64,000 nucleotides of DNA, taken from NCBI GenBank assembly GCA_024278215.1, contig JAJRTR010000011.1, forward strand, positions 25,583-89,582, read 5' to 3'. Below are positions 1 to 9,698 of this stretch, piece after piece (position 1 is the first letter of the stretch; every line of letters starts with the position of its first letter). A program made the translations under genes and the position numbers. A model generated the notes under the pieces. That model saw nothing but the letters and a program-made list of their open reading frames with translations. It made no database searches and was not told the DNA's origin. The stretch is from a bacterium (GTDB lineage: Bacteria; UBP15; UBA6099; JAJRTR01).

Positions 1-389
1 ATGAGATTCGAGTGAGAAAATATGTCGGAAATCGCGTGTGAAGAACGCCCCAGCGTTCTGAATATTTTTTCCGGATCGGCAAGTGGATATTTTGCGTCAT
101 CCGCGACATCCATAATCCATTGTATGTGGTCGTGCCAGACGCCGAGCGCCTCGTCTTTGTTCATCTGGTCGAAGTGGTCGAGAGGCTTATACCAGTAATG
201 CGCGGCGGGGTAGAGAGGAAATATTTTATATTGCAGTATCTTCCACGCGATGACACCATAGAAGTCGACACCGAAGTTGTACCTGAAAACACGGTCTATG
301 CCGGCGGGCGTCATGTGTTTGCCGAGAGCATTTTTGAGTTCCGTAAAGTGGTAGTATGTTCGCATAGATAATCTCCGAAGTAGTTATCC

Positions 390-412
390 CCCGCATTTGT
401 GAAATATGCGGG
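390..412. repeat. REP-like palindrome CCCGCATTTGTGAAATATGCGGG (copy 1)
   Basis: 7-bp stem with a 9-nt loop, immediately 3' of the cheB stop. Further copies at 1765-1787, 19610-19632, 28231-28253 and 58510-58532, with variants at 29487-29505 and 33310-33338. Confidence 0.75.
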
Positions 413-427
413 TTATGAGACACCCAT

Positions 428-1564
428 TTAAGTTTTAGGCGACTCGAACATGTGGCGGTAAATCTCAGAAGCTATTCTTTTGAGCGGCACAACATGGTCG
501 ATAAGTTGCGCGTCCACAGCAGCGCGCGCCATGCCGTATATAGCGCTCGAGTGTTTGTCCTGCGCGATTGTTGTTCCCCCTGCTTCTTTTATGCGACGAA
601 GCCCCTTGAGACCGTCCTGTCCCATACCTGTCATCATTACGGCGAGGCTGCGGGATTTGCAGGTGGCCGAGATCGTTTCGAAGAGAATGTCGGCGCTCGG
701 GCGGTATAGAACATTATCAGGCTTGTCGTCGAGTTCCGCACACAGGCGACCGTTTATCCAAGCCGCTTTCAGGTGAAACTTATCGGGCGAGAAATATACA
801 GTGCCGCTTGCGAGGGGCTCCCCGTCTTCGGCTATTTTTACATTCACGGCACAAGTGCTGTCGAGTCGTTGCGCGATGCCGCTGATGAAACCGGGTATGA
901 TGTGCTGCACCACCAGCATCGGTGCGGGGAACTCCTCGGGCAACTGAGGTACGAATTGGCTCAGAGCGCTGGGACCGCCTGTCGATATGGCGACGCCCAC
1001 GATGTCGAAACTTCTGCCCAGCGTGTTTCTTACGTCGCTGTTGTTTTCCCCGGCTGATTGGATTATCTCTGTTTCAATCTGCTGATCCGGCGATCTTTCC
1101 CGCAGAACGGCGAGAATGTCTTTGAGGGAAACGGGAGCGGTCTTTTTAATGGAGCCTGCACTGACAAGTCTTTTCAGTCTTTGTTCCCTGATGCTGTTTG
1201 TGCCGTTCGATGTTTCGGGAATCTCGATAAGGTCGAGTGCGCCGAGTTTTATACCTTTTTCAATAATATCCTCACAACTTTCGGGCCTTGCGGAAACAAG
1301 GAGAACAGGGATTCTGTACCTGACAAGCAACCTGCAAAGTGTAACGAGCGGGGCGGTTTCCGTGGTGTCGACCGAGAGAAGAATGATATGCGGAGACAGC
1401 CGTGAAACCGTGTCCGCAGCTTTATCCGCCGACCTTTCGTGATGGAGGTCGAAATCAGGGTCGCTGAACAGCGCATCAAAGAACGAAATGATTTTTTCGC
1501 TCTTTGACACCAGTAAAATTATTATCTGTTCCCTGACGTTCAACTTTTCCTCACTGTATTTCAC
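428..1564 (-). CDS. cheB: Chemotaxis response regulator protein-glutamate methylesterase CheB (REC + methylesterase)
   Basis: N-terminal receiver domain; C-terminal methylesterase motifs (ISTGGPSAL, VVQHIIPGF, MTGMGQDG). 378 aa. Confidence 0.85.
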   Translation of the reverse strand: MKYSEEKLNVREQIIILLVSKSEKIISFFDALFSDPDFDLHHERSADKAADTVSRLSPHIILLSVDTTETAPLVTLCRLLVRYRIPVLLVSARPESCEDIIEKGIKLGALDLIEIPETSNGTNSIREQRLKRLVSAGSIKKTAPVSLKDILAVLRERSPDQQIETEIIQSAGENNSDVRNTLGRSFDIVGVAISTGGPSALSQFVPQLPEEFPAPMLVVQHIIPGFISGIAQRLDSTCAVNVKIAEDGEPLASGTVYFSPDKFHLKAAWINGRLCAELDDKPDNVLYRPSADILFETISATCKSRSLAVMMTGMGQDGLKGLRRIKEAGGTTIAQDKHSSAIYGMARAAVDAQLIDHVVPLKRIASEIYRHMFESPKT

Positions 1565-1764
1565 TCTATATATAACGAACTTTTCGCCCGGGTTGCTTCA
1601 CAAAGAAATCCGGGAAATCGTGATAACGTCCATTCTACTTCCGTTGCGGCGGTGGCTCGGGACCGGTCTCCTGAGAATTCAGCTCGACCTCGCCACGAAC
1701 ATAATTTGTAATTGGCTCAACTGAGAAAAGCGGGATTGGTGATTTCCCGCCAGCCACTATTTAG

Positions 1765-1787
1765 CCCGTATTTGTGAGATATGCGGG
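1765..1787. repeat. REP-like palindrome (copy 2)
   Basis: cccgtatttgtgagatatgcggg, between the MCP stop and the cheB start. Confidence 0.7.
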
Positions 1788-1878
1788 TCAGCGCTATATC
1801 CCGGAGCCCCCATGTGGCCGCACTGATGCGGCATACGAAATGCTGGATGCGGCATCGTTAAATAAACATGCGGTGTTA

Positions 1879-4428
1879 TCAGTCCTCTTCGACGAGCGAA
1901 AGCCCTTTCGACGCCGGAACAGTTGTTTCTGTGACGGTAAACTGGTCTATCATGGTTTCCAGAGCGCCGACTGTCTCGCCAAGATGAGTCGCGTTCTGGT
2001 TCACAAGTTCCGAAACAGTGGAGGTCTCTTCAGTGATCTTGGAGATATTGTTCATCTTTTCGACGATCCTGTGACTGGACTGCGACTGGAGCAGTGTAGA
2101 GTCGGTGACCTTCTGGGTGAGTTCTTTCATTTTGCCGATCTGTTCTTTGACCCGGTCGCCCTCGTTCTTTTGTTTGCTTGTAGCGTCCTGAATCTCGTGG
2201 GCAAGGACATTTATATTTTCCATGGCGAGTTCCATCTGGTTGCTGCCCTTATCCTGTTCGCTGGTGGCGGAAGTGAGTTGAGTGGAGATGCCGTTGAGGG
2301 TTTCAATGGCCTGCGATATCTGATTTCCGGCTTTACTCTGTTCTATAGTCGAGTTCTTCACCTGCTGAGCTATTTCGCTGAGCTGGTCGAAAGCTCCCTT
2401 GACTCTACTGATGCCTTCCTGCTGGTTCCTGGTGATGACAGTGACCTGGTCGGCGACATCCTTAAGCGAAGTCATGGTTTGTTTGACGGAGTCGCTGCTT
2501 GCAGTCTGTTTGTCGGTCGCGACGGAAATCTGCTGCATGTAAGTGCCGGTCTTATCAACGCTGGAGACAATGCCGAGAAGAGCGGAGCCCGCCTGGTCGG
2601 CAAGGTGAGTGCCTTTTTCGACTTCCTTGACGCCTTCGTCCATCGCGAGGACGGCCTTCTCGGTTTCCTTCTGGATGTTCCTGATGAGGCGCTCGATTTC
2701 CTTGGTCGCTTCGGTAGACCTTTCCGCGAGTTTTTTAATAGAGGCGGCTACTACGTTGAAGCCGCGCCCTTCTTCGCCCGCACGTGCGGCCTCGATTGCC
2801 GCGTTGAGGGCGAGAAGGTTGGTCTGGTCCGCGATCTCCCGGATGACATTTATAATGTCGCCGATTTGCGCCGAGCTTTCGCCCAGTTCACGGATCTTTC
2901 TTGCTGTATCGCTGACGGTGGTTTTGATGCTCTTCATCCCTTCTATGCTCTGCTGGATGAGTTTACCCCCTGATTTCGCGACTTTGGATGTTTCTTCCGA
3001 CGACTGGAATGCTTCTTTCGCATCGTGTGCCACTTCGGACACGGATTCGATGAGTTCTTCGATGTTTTCCGAAGCGCCCTGCATCGAGTCGTTCATCGTA
3101 TCGATGCTTGTAGACATGTGGCCGATGGAGGTGAGCATTTCATCGACAATGGACGATGCGTCGGAGGCGGACGTCGCCATTTCTTTGGCGTTGAGAGAAA
3201 CCTCTTCAATGGAGGCGAGCATTTCCTGGATGGTGGATGAAGTTTCCTGGACCGCTTCGGACATGACGGTGGAACTGTTGTGGACCTGCGCGGTGGAGGC
3301 GGACATTTGCGCGATAACGGCAGTTGTGTTGGAGACCTGGCTTGTCAGGTCGGCGACTGATTCGTCGATTTTATAGATCGAACTGATCATGGTGTCGACT
3401 GAGCTCGCTGTGTTGAAAACTGATTCGTTCATGACTTTGGAGTTTTCGGCGATCGAGTCGATGGCCTGGGTAAGTTGCTGGACGCTGTTGGAGGCGTCGT
3501 CGATGGAATGAGCCTGTTCTCTCGAACCGTCGAGGATATTCCTGCTGCTGGATTCGATTTCGTTGGCGCAGTTGTTTACATGCGACGCCGACGAGTTTAC
3601 CTGGCTGATCATGGTGTTGAGATTGGAAGCCATAACTTCGAGAGTAGCGCACAGATGTCCGATCTCGCTGTTTTTGCCGACCATCCTGTTGGGCTTGAAG
3701 TTGAGCTTGCGCGTGAGGTCGCCATCGGCCATGGCGCGTGCAAAGTTCACACACTGGAAGAGCGGTTTGCTCACGCTGCTGGTAATGTATGTAATCAGCA
3801 AAATGGTGAGAACAAGTACCGCGACAATGGTGAGGGCTGTAATCATCACAATAAATGTTTTGCTTTCACGGCGTTCACGGTTAAGAGTCTGCTCGTCTAC
3901 CATGTTGTTTTTCTGGATAGTGGTGAGCAACTCCTGTATTTTGCCAAGGTCGTTGGAAAAACCGCTTTTTTCGTTAAATTCGGAAGCCTCGTCCGTTTTC
4001 CCCTTATCCTTCAGAGCGAGGATATTATCGCCCTTACTTTTATACTGGTTAAAAAGCGTCGTGAGTTTTGTCGCCAGCACTTTGTCTTTATCGCTTTGCA
4101 GCGCGGCCAGGAGGATAGAGAGTTGTTTCTCGAAATCGTTTCTGGCGGCGATATACTCTTCGGGCGCATCCTCTGGAACCCCGACATAATCGACGAAAGT
4201 TTTATCAAGCGAAAGGATAACCGGCCCCTGTTTACTCTCGAGTTCGTCTTTCGCCCTTTCCGCATCCTTTGCCTTGCTGACCGCGAGGGCCTTGTACAGC
4301 TTGGCAGTTATGCTTTCGACATTCCTGCTGTTCATTATTCCGCTGATCACAATAACTCCGGTAATCAGGAAGATGAGACCGAGAAACCAGAACATCATTT
4401 TCCTTCGAAGGCTCTGTCTCCTGTCCAT
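1879..4428 (-). CDS. Methyl-accepting chemotaxis protein, long class, with two TM segments and a HAMP domain
   Basis: N-terminal TM, ~170-aa periplasmic region, second TM. Highly conserved MCP signalling core ([34 protein letters not shown]). 849 aa. Confidence 0.85.
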   Translation of the reverse strand: MDRRQSLRRKMMFWFLGLIFLITGVIVISGIMNSRNVESITAKLYKALAVSKAKDAERAKDELESKQGPVILSLDKTFVDYVGVPEDAPEEYIAARNDFEKQLSILLAALQSDKDKVLATKLTTLFNQYKSKGDNILALKDKGKTDEASEFNEKSGFSNDLGKIQELLTTIQKNNMVDEQTLNRERRESKTFIVMITALTIVAVLVLTILLITYITSSVSKPLFQCVNFARAMADGDLTRKLNFKPNRMVGKNSEIGHLCATLEVMASNLNTMISQVNSSASHVNNCANEIESSSRNILDGSREQAHSIDDASNSVQQLTQAIDSIAENSKVMNESVFNTASSVDTMISSIYKIDESVADLTSQVSNTTAVIAQMSASTAQVHNSSTVMSEAVQETSSTIQEMLASIEEVSLNAKEMATSASDASSIVDEMLTSIGHMSTSIDTMNDSMQGASENIEELIESVSEVAHDAKEAFQSSEETSKVAKSGGKLIQQSIEGMKSIKTTVSDTARKIRELGESSAQIGDIINVIREIADQTNLLALNAAIEAARAGEEGRGFNVVAASIKKLAERSTEATKEIERLIRNIQKETEKAVLAMDEGVKEVEKGTHLADQAGSALLGIVSSVDKTGTYMQQISVATDKQTASSDSVKQTMTSLKDVADQVTVITRNQQEGISRVKGAFDQLSEIAQQVKNSTIEQSKAGNQISQAIETLNGISTQLTSATSEQDKGSNQMELAMENINVLAHEIQDATSKQKNEGDRVKEQIGKMKELTQKVTDSTLLQSQSSHRIVEKMNNISKITEETSTVSELVNQNATHLGETVGALETMIDQFTVTETTVPASKGLSLVEED

Positions 4429-4526
4429 GTGTTGTCCTCCTCATTTTCTTTAACTGTTTTGTTTATATTCCCTTAAAATAAAAGGCGGAAACAACCTGTT
4501 GCGTAGCCAGGGGAGCTTAACGTCCC

Positions 4527-5045
4527 CTACGCATATTTTTGAACCATTTCCCTTGCGATCTGTATTACTCGTACCATGTCGACAACGATCAGTACGTTCG
4601 ATGCTGTTTTGTGCATACCGACGACATATTCAGCGCCCAGCCCCGACAGGGACGGGGGAGGGTCCTGAAGCGAGGAAAAATCTATGTCCAGAACTTCGTT
4701 GACTTTATCCACGATGATGCCCACGTCGATATTATCCAGTTCGGGAACATGCAGTACGACAATCATGTAGCTTTCGTCTTCATTGCGCGGCATCTGGAAC
4801 ATCTGCTTGAGATCGATAATAGGAATGATCGTGCCGCGCAGATTCAAAATACCATGTACGAAACGGGGAACATTCGGCATCGGCGTTATCGTGAATTCGT
4901 CGATTACGGTTTTGACTTCGTCGACTTTTATCGCGTACTGTTCCGACCCGAGCGTGAACCACAGGACACTCTGAAGATTGAAGTCGGTGTAAATCTGGTC
5001 GTCGCTGTCAGTGCTGAAACCTACATTGAAAAGGTTAACATTCAT
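4527..5045 (-). CDS. cheW: Chemotaxis coupling protein CheW
   Basis: 172 aa with a CheW-like domain (GILNLRGTIIPIIDL). Confidence 0.8.
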   Translation of the reverse strand: MNVNLFNVGFSTDSDDQIYTDFNLQSVLWFTLGSEQYAIKVDEVKTVIDEFTITPMPNVPRFVHGILNLRGTIIPIIDLKQMFQMPRNEDESYMIVVLHVPELDNIDVGIIVDKVNEVLDIDFSSLQDPPPSLSGLGAEYVVGMHKTASNVLIVVDMVRVIQIAREMVQKYA

Positions 5046-5064
5046 ATTGCCGGCGCCTCATTTC

Positions 5065-8000
5065 TTAAAATACCCTGAGGTGTTTATCAATAGCGGTTCT
5101 CAAGTCGTCTTCAGAAAACGGTTTTGCCAGGAATTCATTTATGCCGACCTCGAACGCTTTGTTCCTGTCGGCGCTTTTAACATCCGATGTCACCATGATT
5201 ATAGGTATCCTGCTGGTGTCGGGTTTTGATCTGACTTTCTGTGTAAACTCATAGCCGTCCATGCGCGGCATGTTTATGTCAGTGACGATTACGTCGAATT
5301 TTCTTTCGGTAAGTTTCGTCAGCGCCTGCATCCCCGAGGAGGCGACATCTACGAAGTATCCGATTCGCTCGAGCATCTCGCGCTGTGCGATACGGCCCGA
5401 AAGGGAGTCGTCGACAAGCAGCACCTGTTTTGCTTCGGACATGGCGTCGAAGGCACCCCTGTCTTCCACCTTTTTCGATATATATGGTATTGAAGATACG
5501 ATGCCGGCCACATCAAGTATGAGAGCGATCGAGCCGTCACCGAATATCGTGGCACCGGACATGTGCTTTACGTCCCCGAGAAACGAGCCAAGGTTCTTGA
5601 TTACCACCTGCTGTTTTTCCAATACTTCGTCTACAATCAGCCCGAACTTCTTCTCCGCCTGGCCGAGTATTACGACGGGGAACGACCCTGTGCGTTTTTC
5701 CAGTTCGGGAAGGTCGTAGACATCACGCAGGTGCACGAGAGGTATCACCATTTCCTGGTGACGGTAGACCTCCTTGCCCTCGACGAAGGAAAGCTCATAT
5801 CTCGATACCTGCGCGGTGGATTCGATCGGGTCCATGGGGATGACGAATTTCTGGTTGTTGCATTTAACAATCATGGCCTGGATAATGGCAAGAGTCAGCG
5901 GCAGTTTGAGTTTGAGAGTCGATCCCATGCCGACTTCGGATAGTATATCGACAGTGCCTTTTAGTTTCGTGATGCTGTTTTTGACAACGTCCATACCGAC
6001 CCCCCGGCCCGAGAGGTCGGAAACCTTGTCTGTGGTGCTGAAGCCGGGTATGAATATCAGGTTCATCTTGTCGCGCGGCCCCATCGCGTCTGCCTCTTCC
6101 TGCGAGATCAATCTTTTTTCTATACATTTGCGGGCTATCATTTCAGGGTCTATACCCTTGCCGTCGTCCTGCACTTCGATCACGACGGAGTTGCCTTCGT
6201 GGTAGGCGCGCGCCCATATCGTTCCGTTTTCCTTTTTGCCGGACTCGCGGCGCCGTTCGCGTGTCTCTATGCCGTGGTCCACCGCATTTCGTATTATGTG
6301 CAGAAGCGGCTCTTCGATCTCTTCGATAAGTGTTTTGTCCAGCTCGGTGTCTTCGCCCTCGATGATAAAGTCGATTCGTTTTCCGAGGCTTTTCGCGATG
6401 TCCCTGACCCTGCGTGGAAATTTACTGAAAACGCCTGAAATCGGGAGCATCCGCAGCCGCATCGTTTCTTCCTGCAACTCTTCTATCATTCTTCCGATAT
6501 TCAGGGCATCGTCCTGGAACTCCGTGCTGAGGTGTTCGAACTCGGCTTTGAGTAAACTTACTTTTGTGAGCATATCCTTCAGGAGCGATTCCTGCTCGAG
6601 TTCCATATCAAAAAGCTGCGTGGTATTCTCGCGGATGATGCGAAGTTCCTTCATGTTCTCGAGAGTGCTTCGCTCGATGGCGCCCGCGCCGAGGTCGATC
6701 ATTTCCGGTTGCAGCGTCTGGAACGGTTTCATAATATCTTCGCGCGTGAGATTCCTCTCCTCGAGACCGGTGGACTTACTGCTGAACTTGAGATTGTCGT
6801 ACATTTCTCCCACGAGATTGACACCCTGTTTGAGTCTTTTTGTTTCCTGTTCCAGCTTATTGTGGTTGATGACGAGTTCGGCGATAAGGTTTACCAGCAC
6901 ATCGAGTTTTTCGGTGTCGACCCTTACGGTGGAGCGGGGAGCGGCCTTATCGGCTTTTTTCCGGGGCCTGCGCCCAGGCTTTCCCTGCGTCTGCCCCTGC
7001 GAAACTGCCGGATGTTCTTCTTCCGGCGCTTCAGCTTCAAGCGCAAGTTCGATTTCTTCGAATTCGACATCGCCGATTTTGAAAAGGTAAGAATACTTTT
7101 TATGGAATTCGTCGAAAGAAAGTTCCGTGGCGAACAGCAGGAAAAAGTCGTAGGCTGTAGCTTTTTTGCCCTTCTCGCCGAGTGCGATGATAAGAGCGGA
7201 AAGGTATTCGCCTTCTTCGGTGAGCGGTTTGAAGAATTCCGACATACTGGCAATGTCGCTCAGCTCGTTGAGTTTGTAAGCCATCTTGATCTGGAACACA
7301 TTTTTCGAATCGATGAGTGATTTTGCCAGAGTGCGTTTTTCATAGGGGGTGAAGAATTCGCCGGCCTCGTGATCGACGCTGAGATGTTTGAATATCTCGA
7401 CGGCGGCCTCCGCCGAGACATAATCTTTTTGTTTTCTCAGCGGCGCCATTATCGTATGGATTTTTTTCAGCAGTGAGTTTATGTCGGGCGGAGGCCCCGA
7501 TTTTCCGCGTGTGAGCCTGTATTCTATCAGGATTCCGGCATGTGACACGCTTTTGAAAATGCAATCGAGTGTGTCCATGTTTTGTTGGATCAGGCCCTCG
7601 CGCATTGCGTCGCGCAGGACGAGTATCCGGGTGAGTATCTCATTTACCGCCGGTTCGCCGTAACAGGTCAGTGTCCGGTGCAGGTAGGTAATGGAATCGA
7701 AGAGTTTATTTATGAAATTTTCGTTGTCCACGTTTTCGTCGGCAAGAATATATTTGCCGTCGATATCGTTAAAAATCTTGTGGCAGCGTTCGAGAGCAGT
7801 GCGGAGTTCTTCGCCGACTATTTCAAACAGGTTTGCTCTTGTGCCGGCGTCTGGAACTGCGATATTGGGGCCAGTGGGTTTTTCTTTCTTTTTCTCATGT
7901 TTTTTCGCGAATTTTTTTTCGGGTTTTTTGACCGTTACGTTTTGAGTTTCCGCCGCAGTGTCGTCTGCCGCGTCTTTTGCCTCGACGGGTTCAGGGGCGG

Positions 8001-8493
8001 ATTCTTCGGAGGGCGGTGGTTCCTGCGCGGGAGTGGGAGTGGGAGTGGGAGGTTCCTGCGCGGAAGGCTCTACGACCGGCTCGGGTTTTTCCGCATTTGG
8101 GGCGGGTTTCTGTTTTTGCGCTGCCGATATTGCGCCGGGCACGTAGGAGTCGTTCTCGATGCTGTCGAGAATAGCCTTAATGACATCGGCAAGGTCGAAA
8201 AACTGGTCCAGCAGGTCGCTGTCGATCTCCGGGAGTTTGTTTTTGAATTCCTCGAATATATCTTCTATGTGGTGGGCTATTTCGCTGATGTCCATGAATT
8301 CGACCATAGCCGACGAGCCCTTGATAGTGTGTACGTTTCGGGATATCCGGTTGAGAATCTCCTCGTCTGCTTCTCCCTGTTCGAGTGAGACGAGGTCCTG
8401 GTCAAGACTATCCATATATTCCTTGCATTCATCAAGGAACAGTTTGACGATTTTCGCGGTTTTGAACGATTTAGCCATTGTTTTCGCTGTCAC
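5065..8493 (-). CDS. cheA: Hybrid chemotaxis histidine kinase CheA with C-terminal receiver domain (WspE-like)
   Basis: HPt motif HTIKGSSAM; dimerisation domain; HATPase (IIRNAVDHGIE, DDGKGID); CheW-like P5; C-terminal REC (LLVDDSL...DINMPRMDGYEF). 1142 aa with a low-complexity P/T/K-rich linker. Confidence 0.85.
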   Translation of the reverse strand: MTAKTMAKSFKTAKIVKLFLDECKEYMDSLDQDLVSLEQGEADEEILNRISRNVHTIKGSSAMVEFMDISEIAHHIEDIFEEFKNKLPEIDSDLLDQFFDLADVIKAILDSIENDSYVPGAISAAQKQKPAPNAEKPEPVVEPSAQEPPTPTPTPAQEPPPSEESAPEPVEAKDAADDTAAETQNVTVKKPEKKFAKKHEKKKEKPTGPNIAVPDAGTRANLFEIVGEELRTALERCHKIFNDIDGKYILADENVDNENFINKLFDSITYLHRTLTCYGEPAVNEILTRILVLRDAMREGLIQQNMDTLDCIFKSVSHAGILIEYRLTRGKSGPPPDINSLLKKIHTIMAPLRKQKDYVSAEAAVEIFKHLSVDHEAGEFFTPYEKRTLAKSLIDSKNVFQIKMAYKLNELSDIASMSEFFKPLTEEGEYLSALIIALGEKGKKATAYDFFLLFATELSFDEFHKKYSYLFKIGDVEFEEIELALEAEAPEEEHPAVSQGQTQGKPGRRPRKKADKAAPRSTVRVDTEKLDVLVNLIAELVINHNKLEQETKRLKQGVNLVGEMYDNLKFSSKSTGLEERNLTREDIMKPFQTLQPEMIDLGAGAIERSTLENMKELRIIRENTTQLFDMELEQESLLKDMLTKVSLLKAEFEHLSTEFQDDALNIGRMIEELQEETMRLRMLPISGVFSKFPRRVRDIAKSLGKRIDFIIEGEDTELDKTLIEEIEEPLLHIIRNAVDHGIETRERRRESGKKENGTIWARAYHEGNSVVIEVQDDGKGIDPEMIARKCIEKRLISQEEADAMGPRDKMNLIFIPGFSTTDKVSDLSGRGVGMDVVKNSITKLKGTVDILSEVGMGSTLKLKLPLTLAIIQAMIVKCNNQKFVIPMDPIESTAQVSRYELSFVEGKEVYRHQEMVIPLVHLRDVYDLPELEKRTGSFPVVILGQAEKKFGLIVDEVLEKQQVVIKNLGSFLGDVKHMSGATIFGDGSIALILDVAGIVSSIPYISKKVEDRGAFDAMSEAKQVLLVDDSLSGRIAQREMLERIGYFVDVASSGMQALTKLTERKFDVIVTDINMPRMDGYEFTQKVRSKPDTSRIPIIMVTSDVKSADRNKAFEVGINEFLAKPFSEDDLRTAIDKHLRVF

Positions 8494-9320
8494 CTCGGCA
8501 CTTTTTGAAATGCCACAGAATCCTTGAGTGTAATCATTTTGAAACCGTCGGTGAGTCCCCTGATCATCTCGGTGGGGCCGAGAAAGAGATAGCCGCCGTC
8601 TTTCAAAGAGTCGTAAAACCTGTTCAGGATATCCGCTTTGGTTTCATCCCTGAAATATATCATCACATTTCTGCAGAAAATAATGTCGAAGTCTTTCTGA
8701 AAATAAGAGTCGGTAAGATTCGAATACTCGAACTCGACATATTTTTTTATTGATTCCCTGATAGCATAGTTGCCGTCACTGGGGGTAAAGTATTTTTGCA
8801 GGTATTCTTCGGGCAGGTTTTCGACGGAGCGTTTGGAATAGATACCCTGGAAGGCTCGCGCGAGCACCTCCGTCGATATGTCGGTCGCAAGGATTTCGAT
8901 GTCCCATATCGAGTGAAACTTCAGTGTTTCGAGGACACATATTGCGAGTGTGTAAGGTTCTTCGCCGGTCGAGCAGCCCGCGCTCCATATATTGAGGTTC
9001 CGGTTGTTCTGCGCGACTTTTTTATCTGTTATCTCAGGGAGGATGATTTTTCTGAAGCTGTCCATTTGAGAGTTGCTTCGATAGAAATATGTTTCATTTG
9101 TGGTAACGAGATTTATGAGTGTCGACAGTTCCGACCTGTCGTCTTCCGAGGCGATAACCAGCAGGTATTTGCCCAGGTCCGATATCCCCGACTCTTTGAG
9201 GCGTGTGTTGATCCTGTTGGAGAGAATGGGCAGCTTCGATTCGTTGAACCACAATCCGCAGGCGCGGAAAATAACGTCTCTGACCTTCAATATCTGGGAT
9301 TGTTCGAGTTGCTGCATCAT
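8490..9320 (-). CDS. cheR: Chemotaxis protein methyltransferase CheR
   Basis: CheR N-terminal domain plus SAM-dependent methyltransferase domain. 4-nt overlap with cheA. Confidence 0.8.
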   Translation of the reverse strand: MMQQLEQSQILKVRDVIFRACGLWFNESKLPILSNRINTRLKESGISDLGKYLLVIASEDDRSELSTLINLVTTNETYFYRSNSQMDSFRKIILPEITDKKVAQNNRNLNIWSAGCSTGEEPYTLAICVLETLKFHSIWDIEILATDISTEVLARAFQGIYSKRSVENLPEEYLQKYFTPSDGNYAIRESIKKYVEFEYSNLTDSYFQKDFDIIFCRNVMIYFRDETKADILNRFYDSLKDGGYLFLGPTEMIRGLTDGFKMITLKDSVAFQKVPR

Positions 9321-9329
9321 TGTTTTGGT

Positions 9330-9698
9330 TTACAGGAACCTTTTTATGACTTCTTTGACTTTCTGGTAGTTGAAAGGCTTTGTCAGGTATTCGTTGGAGC
9401 CCGCCTTGAGTCCCCATATACGGTCGGTCTCCGCGCTTTTTGCCGTAAGCATGATAATCGGAATATGTTTATAATTGCTGTCTTTTTTAAGCAGTTTGCA
9501 GAGCTGATAGCCGTTCATCCTGGGCATATCGATGTCAAGAAGTATCAGGTCGACATGATGCCTTTTGATAACTTCCAGCGCCTCGATTCCGTCCGTGCCC
9601 ACCAGCACGGAGTAGCCGTCTCCGGTCAATGCTTCGCGGACGGCTTCGACTACAACCGGGCTGTCATCAACAACGAGAATAGTAGTGCCGCTCGCCAT
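9330..9698 (-). CDS. cheY: Single-domain response regulator CheY
   Basis: 122 aa REC domain (ILVVDDSPVV...DIDMPRMNGY...TKPF). Confidence 0.8.
   Translation of the reverse strand: MASGTTILVVDDSPVVVEAVREALTGDGYSVLVGTDGIEALEVIKRHHVDLILLDIDMPRMNGYQLCKLLKKDSNYKHIPIIMLTAKSAETDRIWGLKAGSNEYLTKPFNYQKVKEVIKRFL

Noticed and set aside
1774-2973. 399-aa ORF on the plus strand
   Set aside because: It lies entirely antisense to the well-supported MCP gene. It is a low-complexity translation typical of a GC-rich antisense frame.
6236-7090. 284-aa Ser-rich ORF on the plus strand
   Set aside because: Antisense to cheA; low-complexity composition and no domain.
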